Assembly: GCA_963817525.1 (NCBI GenBank)
Contig: CAWFOU010000007.1
Coordinates: 1,217,379-1,281,378, forward strand
Length of the DNA: 64,000 bases
Direction: 5' to 3'
From: an uncultured archaeon
Lineage (GTDB): Archaea > Thermoproteota > Nitrososphaeria > Nitrososphaerales > Gagatemarchaeaceae
Positions within the stretch are counted from its first letter, which is position 1, and each line of letters begins with the position of its first letter. The translations under genes were made by a program, and so were the position numbers. Shown here piece after piece: positions 48,316 through 58,528 of this stretch. The notes under the pieces were generated by a model, which was not told where the DNA came from, ran no database searches, and worked only from the letters and a program-made list of their open reading frames with translations.

Positions 48316-49041
48316 TTACGGGTGTCTCGTTACGGCCGCGAGCCTTCTCTTCATATCATCAGTTGCCCCAAACTCCGAATCTACATCGTGGTCATGGCTC
48401 AACTCGTCCCACAGTTCCCGCTCATCAGGAGGCCCGGAATGGAGAGTTGACTTCTTCTTGTCAACGACGAATGAGAGCCACTGAATGGCGGTCCGCGGAG
48501 GTTCGAAACGGTCTCCCTTGATTGATAGGAAAAATGGATAGTCTCGCTTCGCCGGCATGATCTCCGGGAAAAGACAGAGGTAGTAGGTGACGAGGCGGGT
48601 GCCCTTTGCTAGTTTACGTTCCAGACCTTCGAGAATCTCCTTTGCTGGATCCAATCCGTAGAAGACAATAGTGGCTTCCTCTAACCCGATGTCACCAGCT
48701 TTGAAGTCTCCCTCGAAGAGATTTTCGAACTGTCCTTGGTATGTCCTCCAACCGTCGAATCTACGGGCATTCTTGCTTAGCCGCTTCAGGCGCTTTTGAG
48801 CGACCCAAATCCTCTCTGGGTCAGATTCGATACCGACGGCTTTTCGGACTCGGAATTCACCCAAAGCCACTATGAGATTCTGACCCCAGCCGGAGCCGAG
48901 ATCAAAGAAGACATCGTCTCTTCCGGCTCCAGCGAGCCGCAGCATTTTTCGGATTAGTTGATTGTTAAAGAGGACGGGAGGCCCAAGGTTTGTTTCGTCG
49001 TCCCTGTGAACGTCATCGATAAAGGATCGCCGAAGTCTCAC
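48316..49041 (-). CDS. class I SAM-dependent methyltransferase (DOT1-like protein methyltransferase)
   Basis: VFFDLGSGWG, AVGIE, EATIVFY and GTRLVT. Confidence 0.85.
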   Translation of the reverse strand: MRLRRSFIDDVHRDDETNLGPPVLFNNQLIRKMLRLAGAGRDDVFFDLGSGWGQNLIVALGEFRVRKAVGIESDPERIWVAQKRLKRLSKNARRFDGWRTYQGQFENLFEGDFKAGDIGLEEATIVFYGLDPAKEILEGLERKLAKGTRLVTYYLCLFPEIMPAKRDYPFFLSIKGDRFEPPRTAIQWLSFVVDKKKSTLHSGPPDERELWDELSHDHDVDSEFGATDDMKRRLAAVTRHP

Positions 49042-49128
49042 TGTCGATATCCCGACTTGATGTTCGCTCTGACGATATTTGAATGATACAAAAACGTTGA
49101 ATTAAGCTAGTGACTCCCATCCCAAGAC

Positions 49129-49746
49129 ATGCCCCTTCCAGACAGGGAGAAACTCGGGGATATCGTCAATGACCACTTCGTGTACGAGGTAACAGAGTTG
49201 TATGGTTGCAAGAGGCTTTGGACTATGTACAGGCCTCAGATGTTCGAACAGAGTTTCATCAACATGAACATAGAGCACACCCTGCTGCACGCCCGAGGGC
49301 TTTACGAATTCTATTACAAGCTGGACCATCCAAACGGGTACACGGAGAATTCCTGGCCAAGGGCGAATATGTACGTGCCCAACTTTGCCAGGCCTGCGTA
49401 CTCGAACGAAATCACTCAGGATTTCGAGAAAAGGGTCAACGCACAAATCAACCATCTCGGATTGGAGCGCACAAGCAACACCTCGGCAAAGTTCAACGTA
49501 GGTCAGACGGTTGCGATAGCTAACAGTCTCCTGGCAACGACGAAGGAGTTCCTAAATCTCATTGAAACTGAGGACGGAGGCTACTTCTTTCAGGCGGGAC
49601 TAGGAGGTCTCAAGTCTAGAATCGACAACTTCATCCAGTTTGACCCCTTTCAAGCCATAACATCACCAGTAGCGATGATCCCCACTGGAACCGCTGTCGT
49701 AGCGGTTACAACTTCGAGTCATACTAGCGTCAATCTGGTCTACTGA
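49129..49746 (+). CDS. hypothetical protein, HEPN-like
   Basis: IEHTLLHARGLYEF and VNAQINHLGLER. Confidence 0.55.
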   Translation: MPLPDREKLGDIVNDHFVYEVTELYGCKRLWTMYRPQMFEQSFINMNIEHTLLHARGLYEFYYKLDHPNGYTENSWPRANMYVPNFARPAYSNEITQDFEKRVNAQINHLGLERTSNTSAKFNVGQTVAIANSLLATTKEFLNLIETEDGGYFFQAGLGGLKSRIDNFIQFDPFQAITSPVAMIPTGTAVVAVTTSSHTSVNLVY

Positions 49747-49917
49747 GTGTGCTACGAAGGTTTTAATGGAAAACGTGGACGGGATTCGAACTGCAAAGGG
49801 GCTATGTCACCCGGGGCACCAATTAGTGACTCGATTTCTCGCTGTGGGAAGAGAGAATGGATTGACCTCCTGACTTTGTGGACGATCTCCACTCCCTCGA
49901 GATGATTTTACGAGGAC

Positions 49918-51855
49918 TCAGGCAGTGACGTCTTTTGGTTTGGTCGTAAAGAGCCTTCTCTCTTCGTCACTGAGAAAGTTGTAGAAAGGGATCCGTCCCT
50001 CCTGAGTGACTAGAATTCCCTGCCCTATTTTCGCAGTGACGACAAACTTTTCCTCGCCGTCGCTGAGGTTGAACGCCTCCTTGAGGACCTGCGTCGCGGC
50101 CTGGTCCTGCTTCAACACTATCTTCGTGGAGCAGCTCTCGATGATCACCCTCCCGGGGCCCGTCGAGCCTCCCCTGCCCATCAGGTCGGAGACGAGCTGG
50201 GTCGCGATCACGAACGCCGTCTTGTAGTGCCTCCCTGTCCGGGCTATCTCGGGGACGTACTCGACGGCCAGCGGGAAGTAGGGCCTTCCCGTCCTCGGGT
50301 TGATTTCGACGAGCGACCACCCCTCGTCGATCACGATCGCCTTTCTCGTCTCTTCGGGGATGGCCTTGTCCTGGATTTTACGCCAGACTGCGGAGAGCGC
50401 GAGGAAGGCCGCGGCGTCCCTGATCTCCCCGGGTGGGAGGTCGTAGAGGACGAAGACCATCCGTGGGAATATCTCCATCTCGCCCTCGAAGAGGAAGCGG
50501 TAGGGCGGGAGGTTCGCCTGCAGGCGTTTCTTCAGGTCGGCCGGGGCGAGCTCGACCAGTTCCCCCACGCTTGAGACCTTCTGGCAGGTCAGGTAGAGGT
50601 CGTCGAGGAGGTCCTGGTCGCCCTCGACCTTGGCCACGCTCGCGAGGAAGTTCGCCGCCATCCTCTTCTCGGGGAACACCGCGAAGGGGTCCAGGCCCGC
50701 CCCTTTCGCACCGTTGAAGCGACGCACGACGCACCCGGTTATCCCCGCGAAGGACGTCTCGTAGGTCCCGTCACTGCCGAGGGCGTACTCAGGCCTCACG
50801 ATACTGTCGAAGAGGAAGACCATCATGTCCTTGTCCTGGTTAAGCATCCTCCCGAGGAAGGTCTTCACGAGCGTCGATTTGCCAAATCCGGTCATCCCCA
50901 TCATGGCCAGATTGTAGTTCTCCTTCTCGAAGACGTCGTAGAGGATCGCGTTCCCCGTCTGCAGGTTCTGGCCAAGGAAAACGCCCGAAGGGTCCACCAC
51001 GTCCAGCCCGCAGAACGGGAAGAGGCCCAGCGCTCCGGACGTCGTGATGAGGAACCACCTCCCGGTCGCATACCTCGGGCCGGCCCCCGTGAGGAGGGCC
51101 TTCTGCAGGTACGCCGGAGAGTCGATCTGGCCGACCATCCCGCCGACGAGCTGCCTCAGCTTTTTTCTGTGGTCGACGAGCCCCTCGTAGCTCGTCGCTC
51201 GCAGGACGATCCGTATCCGCGTCCTGAAGAGCCTCTCCTTGCCCACGCCTATGAGCTGCGCGGCGCCGGAGGCCCTCTGGAATTCCGCCTGCTCCTCGGG
51301 GTCGAGCGACCTCCCTTCGGTCTGCCTGAGGACGAGCCTCGAGCCGACGGATTTGGCGTAGGACTTTGCTATCTTCTTTGCATCGTAGATGTCGATCGGG
51401 TCGACATCGACCATGATCGAGTGCGCGATCTGGTAGAGCTCGGCGAGGAACCCTGGAACGAGCGTCCCCCCGAGCCGCGTGATGCAGTACGTCTGGACGT
51501 AGCGGCCCTCGGAATCCACGATGTACTTCGGGTGGACGCCGGCCATCTTGATCGAGGGGATTGCATGCACCCGGGTAATTCTCGTCCCGAGCTTGAGGAC
51601 GAGGGAATCGACCTGCGAGTGCGTCTCCACGAAGAACCTCTTGTAAGGGACCTTGTACAGCGCGCCGACGGCCTCCACCTCCCTCTCGTCCTGGACGATG
51701 TGGAAAGTGATCGGCTCAGTGAGAGAGTCAAGGAAGGAAGCGAACCCGTCGAGGACAGCTCCCTGCTCCTTCTCGGGCAGGTTTGTCAGGTTGACCGACC
51801 TCAGCTCGTAGACAAAGGAATCTCGCAGACTCTTGGAACGGTTCCTCCTCGCCAT
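49918..51855 (-). CDS. virB4: VirB4-family conjugation ATPase
   Basis: Walker A GMTGFGKS, Walker B IVIDEGW, RTGRHY, IATQ and IGQG. Confidence 0.9.
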   Translation of the reverse strand: MARRNRSKSLRDSFVYELRSVNLTNLPEKEQGAVLDGFASFLDSLTEPITFHIVQDEREVEAVGALYKVPYKRFFVETHSQVDSLVLKLGTRITRVHAIPSIKMAGVHPKYIVDSEGRYVQTYCITRLGGTLVPGFLAELYQIAHSIMVDVDPIDIYDAKKIAKSYAKSVGSRLVLRQTEGRSLDPEEQAEFQRASGAAQLIGVGKERLFRTRIRIVLRATSYEGLVDHRKKLRQLVGGMVGQIDSPAYLQKALLTGAGPRYATGRWFLITTSGALGLFPFCGLDVVDPSGVFLGQNLQTGNAILYDVFEKENYNLAMMGMTGFGKSTLVKTFLGRMLNQDKDMMVFLFDSIVRPEYALGSDGTYETSFAGITGCVVRRFNGAKGAGLDPFAVFPEKRMAANFLASVAKVEGDQDLLDDLYLTCQKVSSVGELVELAPADLKKRLQANLPPYRFLFEGEMEIFPRMVFVLYDLPPGEIRDAAAFLALSAVWRKIQDKAIPEETRKAIVIDEGWSLVEINPRTGRPYFPLAVEYVPEIARTGRHYKTAFVIATQLVSDLMGRGGSTGPGRVIIESCSTKIVLKQDQAATQVLKEAFNLSDGEEKFVVTAKIGQGILVTQEGRIPFYNFLSDEERRLFTTKPKDVTA

Positions 51856-51859
51856 CGTT

Positions 51860-52537
51860 TCACTTCACCTTGGTGATCGACTCGCTGATCTCCGGTGCTC
51901 TCCCCTTGAGCAGGAGATTGATTGAAAGGAGCGATTGAGCTGACCCCTCTAGCTTGACCTCAAGACGGTGGGACCCCAGGTCTTCTGCGACAGGAACGTA
52001 GACCAGACGATACCTTGGCTTTTGTGGAGAGACCAAGTCCTGCCCTCTGGGCTTGTCGTCGACTAGGAGCAAGGCCCGGGTCTCGCTCTGAACCCCCTCG
52101 ACTCTGTCAGAGACCACCAGCGGAACGGGGTTCCTGAAGTCGTCCACCGTGATCTCTTGCGTCGTGGGGGGCCGTTCGCTCTCGGGCGGAGGGCCGTTCT
52201 CGGGCTTCTCACGTCTGACTAGTCGGCGCAGGCCCCTTCCGAGCTTCTTCATCCCTTGAGTGCGCAGGAAATAGAGGGCCTGAAGCTCGACGGGGAGGAG
52301 TCTCACCCTCCTGTTCGAGACGACGTATCCGACACCAAAGACCCCGCAGAAGACGGCGGCCCTGCCTCCAAAGCTCACGCCGGCTATGGGAAACGTGAAC
52401 GGAAGGGAGACGAGGAATGCCGCGAGGAAGGCAATCGTCATCGTCGCCAGCTGCCGGAACGAGAGCGTGACGAACCCCAATGGCAGGACTTTCCTCTCCC
52501 ACCATGATTCGTCAGGCCACCAGATCGACTCTGACAT
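51860..52537 (-). CDS. PrgI/VirB3-like membrane protein
   Basis: ERKVLP...LSFRQL plus two TMs, directly upstream of virB4. Confidence 0.7.
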   Translation of the reverse strand: MSESIWWPDESWWERKVLPLGFVTLSFRQLATMTIAFLAAFLVSLPFTFPIAGVSFGGRAAVFCGVFGVGYVVSNRRVRLLPVELQALYFLRTQGMKKLGRGLRRLVRREKPENGPPPESERPPTTQEITVDDFRNPVPLVVSDRVEGVQSETRALLLVDDKPRGQDLVSPQKPRYRLVYVPVAEDLGSHRLEVKLEGSAQSLLSINLLLKGRAPEISESITKVK

Positions 52538-52611
52538 TCAGAGTAATGGTGCTCCTGCGGTTAAAACGACAATCGACCTTTCCGTTTTAAGCTAAACACT
52601 CCCACAGCTGC

Positions 52612-52953
52612 ATGAGCTCTCGAAGCGCAGCAACCCTCGGGCAGACCCGCGAACGGATCATCATCCTCCTGGTCGCACTTTCCGTGCCGCTGATCGTCCA
52701 GTTCTTCGTCTACATCCTCGCCAATGCGACAGGGGCGACATCCCTTCCGGTGGTGGGCTACGGCATAGCGGCGTGCGCCGCCGCGGCCTGCACGGCGAAC
52801 GGGGTAAGCTCCCTCTGGCTTCCGGCCGGCCCGACCCTCCCGACGGTACTGCTCACCGTGCTCAACACGGCGCTCCTATTCATCGTCTCGATCGTGGTGG
52901 TCATCGAGGCCATCAGGCTGGTCGGGAGCCTTCTCGTGATGAGGGAAGACTGA
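52612..52953 (+). CDS. small 2-TM pilin/VirB2-like protein
   Basis: 113 aa with two long hydrophobic helices; upstream of the VirB6-like gene. Confidence 0.5.
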   Translation: MSSRSAATLGQTRERIIILLVALSVPLIVQFFVYILANATGATSLPVVGYGIAACAAAACTANGVSSLWLPAGPTLPTVLLTVLNTALLFIVSIVVVIEAIRLVGSLLVMRED

Positions 52954-53019
52954 GAACCGTCAGTGAGGAGTGTGTGCTCCTCTCTCCCCTCTTTTATTCA
53001 CCGGAATGGTCTTCGTCAG

Positions 53020-55188
53020 ATGGTAGTCCGGCAAACGATAAGGCTGGTTGCGAGCTACTACCGGAAGAGCGCGCGCTTCGCGATCTTCATCATACTTCTG
53101 GCATCGTTCGCAATCCCTGCAGTCCTCGCGAGTTCGTCCGGATCTCTCAGCCTGTCGCCGAACGTGAACGTCAACGCGAATAGTCCCTTCGGGTGCGGAC
53201 TCCCGTTTTTCCCGTCCACCGGCAACTACCAAGCGAGCGGCGGAGTTTCGGTATCCGGGACCTACTCGGGCAGCGTCTACCTCACGGGCTCAATCACCAT
53301 CTACGGGCACGATAAGGCGACCGACAAGCCAGAGACCCAGAAACTTACCCTGACCCAGGGAGATTTCAACCCCAACCCGATGAGCTTCCCGAGCCAGAGC
53401 CAGTCGGGAGTGAACAACCCGCAGGTCAGCTCCGACTTCTGCGAGCCGGTAATCGACGGGTACACCTATTGGGTCGCGGCCTCGAGCCAGCCGGGATGCG
53501 ACAGCAGTTCATGCCTTCTTGCGAACTCGACCGTCACAGTCTCAGTAACGGGCGGGAGCAGCCAGATGTTCCAGCTGATAATGGAGATGCCGCTCTTCAA
53601 CGAGACGACCCTTGGCACGACCATCTACTGCGCCCCGACGACGGCGCCGTGCGGCCTGCCCCTGCAGGGCTTCTACGACTTTATCTTCATCATCGCCATA
53701 ATCATCGCGGGAGGGGGGTTCCTCGTCGCCCTGGCGAACAAGGAGATCTCCGGGGACGAGAGGCAGAACGTCGTCCTGGACTTCGTCCTCGCCGTCCTCT
53801 TCATCCTCCTCTTCCCGGTCATCTACAACAACATCGCCCTCCTCACGAACTACCTCGACATGACGATAGTCGCCGGACCCAACTTCCCGTACACCGACTA
53901 CGGATTGCAGATTAGCCTCGTCTGGTCCAAGCTGCTCGCGTGGGCGCAAGGAGGGAGCATCTGGGGGATGCTAGTTTCGCCGATAACGACGCTCGCCGGC
54001 TGGATAGTCGCCCTGATCGTCTACCTGATGAGCATCTTCCTCGGCGTGGTAAGGATATGGCTGGTCACCGTGACGGTCATCGGATTCCCGATCTCCCTGG
54101 CCCTCAAGCAGGTCCCTTTCGCCAAGAAGCTGAGCTCGATGGTGGAGGACACCCTTTACGGGCTCATCCTCGCGTCCCTGCTAAGCTCTGTGGCGATAGG
54201 GGTGGCGGCCTACGTCCTCGCCGACGCACCAGGCGGCCCTGTCTGGAGCGCGACGATCTTCGCCGGGACGGGGATAAACGGGATCTCGAACTGGGTCGCC
54301 GCGTCCGCGCTCTTCACGGCGATCCTGCTCCCAACGGTCTTCGCGCCCCTCACGGGCACCCTCTTCCAGACGGCGTCGCAGGCCTCCATGGTAGGGGTCG
54401 GGGTGGCCGTCTCGATGGCGGGAGCCGGCGTTGCGCCGATGGCTGGCGCAACGGGAATGGGCCTTGCGGGGGCGGGAGGAGTGGGCGGGCTAGGCAGAGG
54501 GATGTCAGGGGCTGTGGGCCAGGCTCCCCAGACGATAGGTCAGGAAGCGGCGAGCACGATGCAGAGCATGGGGCTTGGGGAGAGGCTTCTGTACGCGGTT
54601 CCTCACTCGCTGAAGAACATGGCCGTCGTCGGGACAACGGGAGTCCTGGCGGGGATGGGGGCGAGCAGCTCAGCCCGGTCGATAGCGACGGTGGCTCCAT
54701 TGAGCAACCCCGCTACTGTTTCTCGCGGAATAGGGCAGGTCAATGCCACGAGACTAGAGACTGCGCAGGCGTACGAAACTTCGGCAGCACTTCAAGAGTC
54801 AAACCAGACAATCGGAACCCTCGTCTTCAACGCAGCTACCGCGCACACCTCCGACGCAGAGTTCCTCAACGCTCAGGCTCCTGCTCTGAACCGCTGGTAC
54901 GTCCAGCAGAGTCAGGTCGCCCCCGCCCAGTTCCTCTCCCAGGCGCGGCAGAACCGCATCATCAACGTTCAGCAGTATCAGGCCTTGGCCAGAGACCCAA
55001 GAGCACAGGCGGAATTCGTCGAAGCGTACAAGCTGCAGCTGAACGTGATATCGGAGCGGGACGCGATGGGGAACTTGACTCCGGAGGGCCTCGGTCGGGC
55101 GGCCAACCTGAGGAGCGGCATAGAAAGCGCCCAAGCCTCCGGCTTGGCCAAGTTAGCAAGGAATAAGCCCGAGCTAGCCGATACGTAA
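53020..55188 (+). CDS. VirB6/TrbL-like polytopic membrane protein
   Basis: Exported N-terminal domain, about six TMs and a Gly/Ala-rich C-terminal tail typical of TrbL/VirB6. Confidence 0.75.
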   Translation: MVVRQTIRLVASYYRKSARFAIFIILLASFAIPAVLASSSGSLSLSPNVNVNANSPFGCGLPFFPSTGNYQASGGVSVSGTYSGSVYLTGSITIYGHDKATDKPETQKLTLTQGDFNPNPMSFPSQSQSGVNNPQVSSDFCEPVIDGYTYWVAASSQPGCDSSSCLLANSTVTVSVTGGSSQMFQLIMEMPLFNETTLGTTIYCAPTTAPCGLPLQGFYDFIFIIAIIIAGGGFLVALANKEISGDERQNVVLDFVLAVLFILLFPVIYNNIALLTNYLDMTIVAGPNFPYTDYGLQISLVWSKLLAWAQGGSIWGMLVSPITTLAGWIVALIVYLMSIFLGVVRIWLVTVTVIGFPISLALKQVPFAKKLSSMVEDTLYGLILASLLSSVAIGVAAYVLADAPGGPVWSATIFAGTGINGISNWVAASALFTAILLPTVFAPLTGTLFQTASQASMVGVGVAVSMAGAGVAPMAGATGMGLAGAGGVGGLGRGMSGAVGQAPQTIGQEAASTMQSMGLGERLLYAVPHSLKNMAVVGTTGVLAGMGASSSARSIATVAPLSNPATVSRGIGQVNATRLETAQAYETSAALQESNQTIGTLVFNAATAHTSDAEFLNAQAPALNRWYVQQSQVAPAQFLSQARQNRIINVQQYQALARDPRAQAEFVEAYKLQLNVISERDAMGNLTPEGLGRAANLRSGIESAQASGLAKLARNKPELADT

Positions 55189-56019
55189 GATGTCGACGCC
55201 CAGACGAGCGCTCTCAAACCGGGCAAGCTTTTCGGCACTGGCTTTCCAAGATTCGGCAGAGCCACCTTGGCCGTCGACGTACCCCATTTCAGACATCCGC
55301 ATCTCGATGGCATAATCAAGAGCGACACACTTAGCTCTCTGGAGTGAGTTCATTCTTCCATTCACCCAATCCTCTTGCAAGATGTCAAGCTTCTCGAAGG
55401 CGTTGTCGACGGTCATCCTCGGGTTCGTGCCCGTGAAGAATAGCCTGTTCCTGTAAGGGTCGTCCCAGATGGCTGGCTCCGACTCGGCTGCTTCCAGGGA
55501 GCGCCTTCTGAGATCCTCGTCCCACCACACGTTGTCCTCGAACTGCTTCTTGTCAGGGAAGAGGGCAACATTCGCGCGCAAGTCCTTGATTCGGGTTTCG
55601 AACTTCTCGTCCGCCATCTTGACTAGGCCTTCGGTCCTAGCACTGCTGTGGTCCGCGAGGAAACGGGCAACGACACCTCCAGTCATAGCCCTGAGAAGGC
55701 TCATCCTGTATGGCTCTTCTCTCGACGGAAGCTCGTCTTGCTCGGTTCCGTCTGGGAAGGTGCACAGCACTCTTAGGGAGATGCTTCTCAGCTCGCCCTG
55801 AATCGAATATGCGAGCTCGACTGTATGAACATCCACGAGCCTGATCAGCCTGAGGTTTGGGAAGTCGAAGCCGATAGAGGAGCCATGCTTGGGCTCGAAA
55901 AGCACGAATTGTCCTTTCAGGGTGAGCTTCCCTTCGCCCAGTTTCCGCTCAAATGCCCTGACGGCGAAGCCACCGTAAGGCCAGAGGGTCTCCAATTCCT
56001 CGTACGCCCGCTCTTGCAT
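55174..56019 (-). CDS. hypothetical protein, N-terminal PH/GRAM-like beta domain
   Basis: GEGKLTLKGQFVLFEP...FPNLRLI pattern. Confidence 0.6.
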   Translation of the reverse strand: MQERAYEELETLWPYGGFAVRAFERKLGEGKLTLKGQFVLFEPKHGSSIGFDFPNLRLIRLVDVHTVELAYSIQGELRSISLRVLCTFPDGTEQDELPSREEPYRMSLLRAMTGGVVARFLADHSSARTEGLVKMADEKFETRIKDLRANVALFPDKKQFEDNVWWDEDLRRRSLEAAESEPAIWDDPYRNRLFFTGTNPRMTVDNAFEKLDILQEDWVNGRMNSLQRAKCVALDYAIEMRMSEMGYVDGQGGSAESWKASAEKLARFESARLGVDILRIG

Positions 56020-56119
56020 TTCCCGATTCCTTGAAGACCTTTTGCTATTAAAGCCCCATGCGGCGGTTGCTGCCCAGCCTTCGTTTGGTCCGGCACGAGA
56101 CGCTCGAAGTCTTTTCCAG

Positions 56120-58528
56120 TTACAAAGTATCCGGGCGCTCTTGGTGTCTTGAGGGTTCTGTGGGCACGTAGCGCTTGCCTTCTCTTCGCAGCAGCCCCTT
56201 CCCAGTCAGGATTTTGAGGTACCTGGAGACCTGCCTCGGCCCGATCTCGATACCCGCCTCTGTGCACCTCTGCGCAACTTCATCCCGGCTGCTAAAGCCG
56301 TGCGCCCTGATGTGTGCGAGGATGCTTTCCTCCGGGTCCGGTGGCTGACTCGTATTCGGCGGCTGCGCCTGCCCTTCGCTCTCATCCGGGGGCTTCGGCT
56401 CTATCGAATTCAGGCTCTCGAACTCGACCACGTCGATCCTGTACTTCCCGGGGTCGACCTTCGGGTCCTCTCCCAGTATCTCCTGCAGCTGCTGGGCGTG
56501 GTTGCCCGAGGTCACCACGAACCTTATCGAGGCGTATGCTGCCGCGTTCTTGCGGTAGTTCTTCAGTAGCTGCGCCCCGCTCTTCTGCGGGGACATCTCG
56601 ACCTCCACGGCCACTGCCGACGAGTAGTCCCAGAGGTACGGGTTGGGCATCCTCAGCTCGTTCCCCAGCTTGTCCTTGACCTCCATGACGGACGGCTTCA
56701 GGACGGCGATGTCGGGCCTGCCGCCGCTCGCCTCGCCCCAGTCCACCGCGCAGTAGTACCCCATCGGCCAGTACTCCTCCTTCAGGAGCTTCTCGATGAC
56801 GCGGAGGTGCTTGGGGTCGCCCGCCTTCGAGGGCCCGACCCTCATCTCCATTAGTCCCAGGGCGCGCGGCGTCAGGCTGTAGATGACCGTCTTCGCCCTC
56901 TCCATCTGGTCCTTTACCGAGGGGTCGGGCGGGACCATGATCGGGTTGCCGTAGGCGTCCTTCCCCTTCATCACGTACTCCTGGCGCGCGAACGTCTGCG
57001 TCAGGAGCCCGTCGTTGACCAGGTCGTTGAGGGCCTCCTGCACGTCCGAGGTCCTCCACGAGCACTTCGCGAAGAGCTCCGACCGGAGCCGCGAGAACTC
57101 CAGTGAGTAGGCGTCGGAGAAGAGCCTGAGGTAGCCGGTCGTCAATATCTTCCAGTGGACCGGCATGAAGCGGACCCTCGTGGTGGACCCTCCTTCCGCG
57201 CGGCCGTCCGGCCCCACCACCTCCTCTTCGAGGCTCTTGTAGACGAGGTCCATCGCCTCGTGCGCGCCGCCGTACCTCTCCTCCATCTCGTTGCTCATGT
57301 AGCCCATGACCTCCTTCGTCTCGCAAAGGTACCCGCTCAGCCGGGGGAACGGCTCGAGCAGTATCGGCCTGCCCCCGACGTCCTCCCCGTGCGGCCTCTT
57401 CCTCACCACGCAGCTGTAGTCGGGGAGCGAGATCAGGGCGTCCCTCACCTCGACCTTCCTCTTGGGCGAGACCAGCTCCGAGATCTTCGACGCGTCGTCC
57501 GGCCCCACCCTGAAGGCGTACACGGGCCCGACGTTGCCGCTTATCGAGCTGAAGAGCTCAGGTCGTATCTGCTGGATGTTCTGGTTCACCATCCACAGGT
57601 ACAGCCCGTACTTCCTCGACTCGGAGAGGATCGTGTCGAGGAGCTTCAGGTCGCTTATGTTCTGGAACTCGTCCACCGCGAGCACGATCGGGGTCCTGGC
57701 GGACGGGGGCTCCCCCGCGCGCTCCAGCCTCGCCGCCCTCTTCTCTACCGCGAAGTAGAACCTCATCGTGATCGATGCGGAGATCAGCCTCCGGAAGTCG
57801 TAGGGCAGCGTCTTCGTTATCCTGAATATCGTGAGCCTTCCGGGGACCATCATGTCGTCGAAGTCGAGCTTGCTCGTCCTCGAGCAGAACGTCCGCGAGG
57901 TTATCGACTGCGGAGGGAGGACGAAGTTGGATATCCTGTTGACGACGGGCGCGAACGCCTCCTTGGGGAGCTTCGAGATGGCGTCTATCGTGCTCCTGAT
58001 TATCTCGTCCTCCAGCTTCTTCCTCCTCAGCATCGTCTCGGTCTCCGAGCGCGGCATGGAGATGAAGTCCACCAGGATGCGGTAGAGGTCCTTGAAGGTG
58101 GGGTCGTCGTCGAGCGTGTAGAGGTAGTAGAGGGCGCCCTTGAACACCCACATCAGCCTCGGTGCGGTCGCCGCGTCGGTGTTGAAGACGTCGGAGAGGA
58201 GGGCCGAGAGCTCTTCCACCTGCGTCTGGAGCATCTGGACTCTGTCCCCGCCGCCTGCCCTCTTCGGGAGCGAGAGCGGGTTGAGCCCGAACGAGACGTA
58301 GGTCGGGTCCAGTATGGTCACCCTGCTCCTCTCCGACTTTGGGATGAGACGTACAAGGTCCACGGCGGCGTCCCCGTGAGGGTCTATGAGGACAAGGGCC
58401 AGTTCCTTCCTGTCTCTGAAGAGCCTCTGCAGCCAATAGAGAAGGGCGCTTGTTTTCCCGGCCCCGGTCGAGCCGATGAAGAGGGAGTGGAAGACCATAT
58501 CCTCCGCGCCGATGCTGCTGCCTGTCAC
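56120..58528 (-). CDS. VirD4/TraD-like coupling ATPase fused to wHTH and PD-(D/E)XK nuclease domains
   Basis: GSTGAGKT, IDPHGD, VDEFQN, SESRKYG and NQ. The C-terminus has YSLTPRA, KH, RPDIAV, VAVEVE and a final wHTH. Confidence 0.85.
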   Translation of the reverse strand: MTGSSIGAEDMVFHSLFIGSTGAGKTSALLYWLQRLFRDRKELALVLIDPHGDAAVDLVRLIPKSERSRVTILDPTYVSFGLNPLSLPKRAGGGDRVQMLQTQVEELSALLSDVFNTDAATAPRLMWVFKGALYYLYTLDDDPTFKDLYRILVDFISMPRSETETMLRRKKLEDEIIRSTIDAISKLPKEAFAPVVNRISNFVLPPQSITSRTFCSRTSKLDFDDMMVPGRLTIFRITKTLPYDFRRLISASITMRFYFAVEKRAARLERAGEPPSARTPIVLAVDEFQNISDLKLLDTILSESRKYGLYLWMVNQNIQQIRPELFSSISGNVGPVYAFRVGPDDASKISELVSPKRKVEVRDALISLPDYSCVVRKRPHGEDVGGRPILLEPFPRLSGYLCETKEVMGYMSNEMEERYGGAHEAMDLVYKSLEEEVVGPDGRAEGGSTTRVRFMPVHWKILTTGYLRLFSDAYSLEFSRLRSELFAKCSWRTSDVQEALNDLVNDGLLTQTFARQEYVMKGKDAYGNPIMVPPDPSVKDQMERAKTVIYSLTPRALGLMEMRVGPSKAGDPKHLRVIEKLLKEEYWPMGYYCAVDWGEASGGRPDIAVLKPSVMEVKDKLGNELRMPNPYLWDYSSAVAVEVEMSPQKSGAQLLKNYRKNAAAYASIRFVVTSGNHAQQLQEILGEDPKVDPGKYRIDVVEFESLNSIEPKPPDESEGQAQPPNTSQPPDPEESILAHIRAHGFSSRDEVAQRCTEAGIEIGPRQVSRYLKILTGKGLLRREGKRYVPTEPSRHQERPDTL

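Noticed and set aside
49780-49792. Third tRNA-like GGGATTCGAAC at the edge of the cargo insert
   Set aside because: Only 11-13 bp with no acceptor-stem match; compatible with chance.
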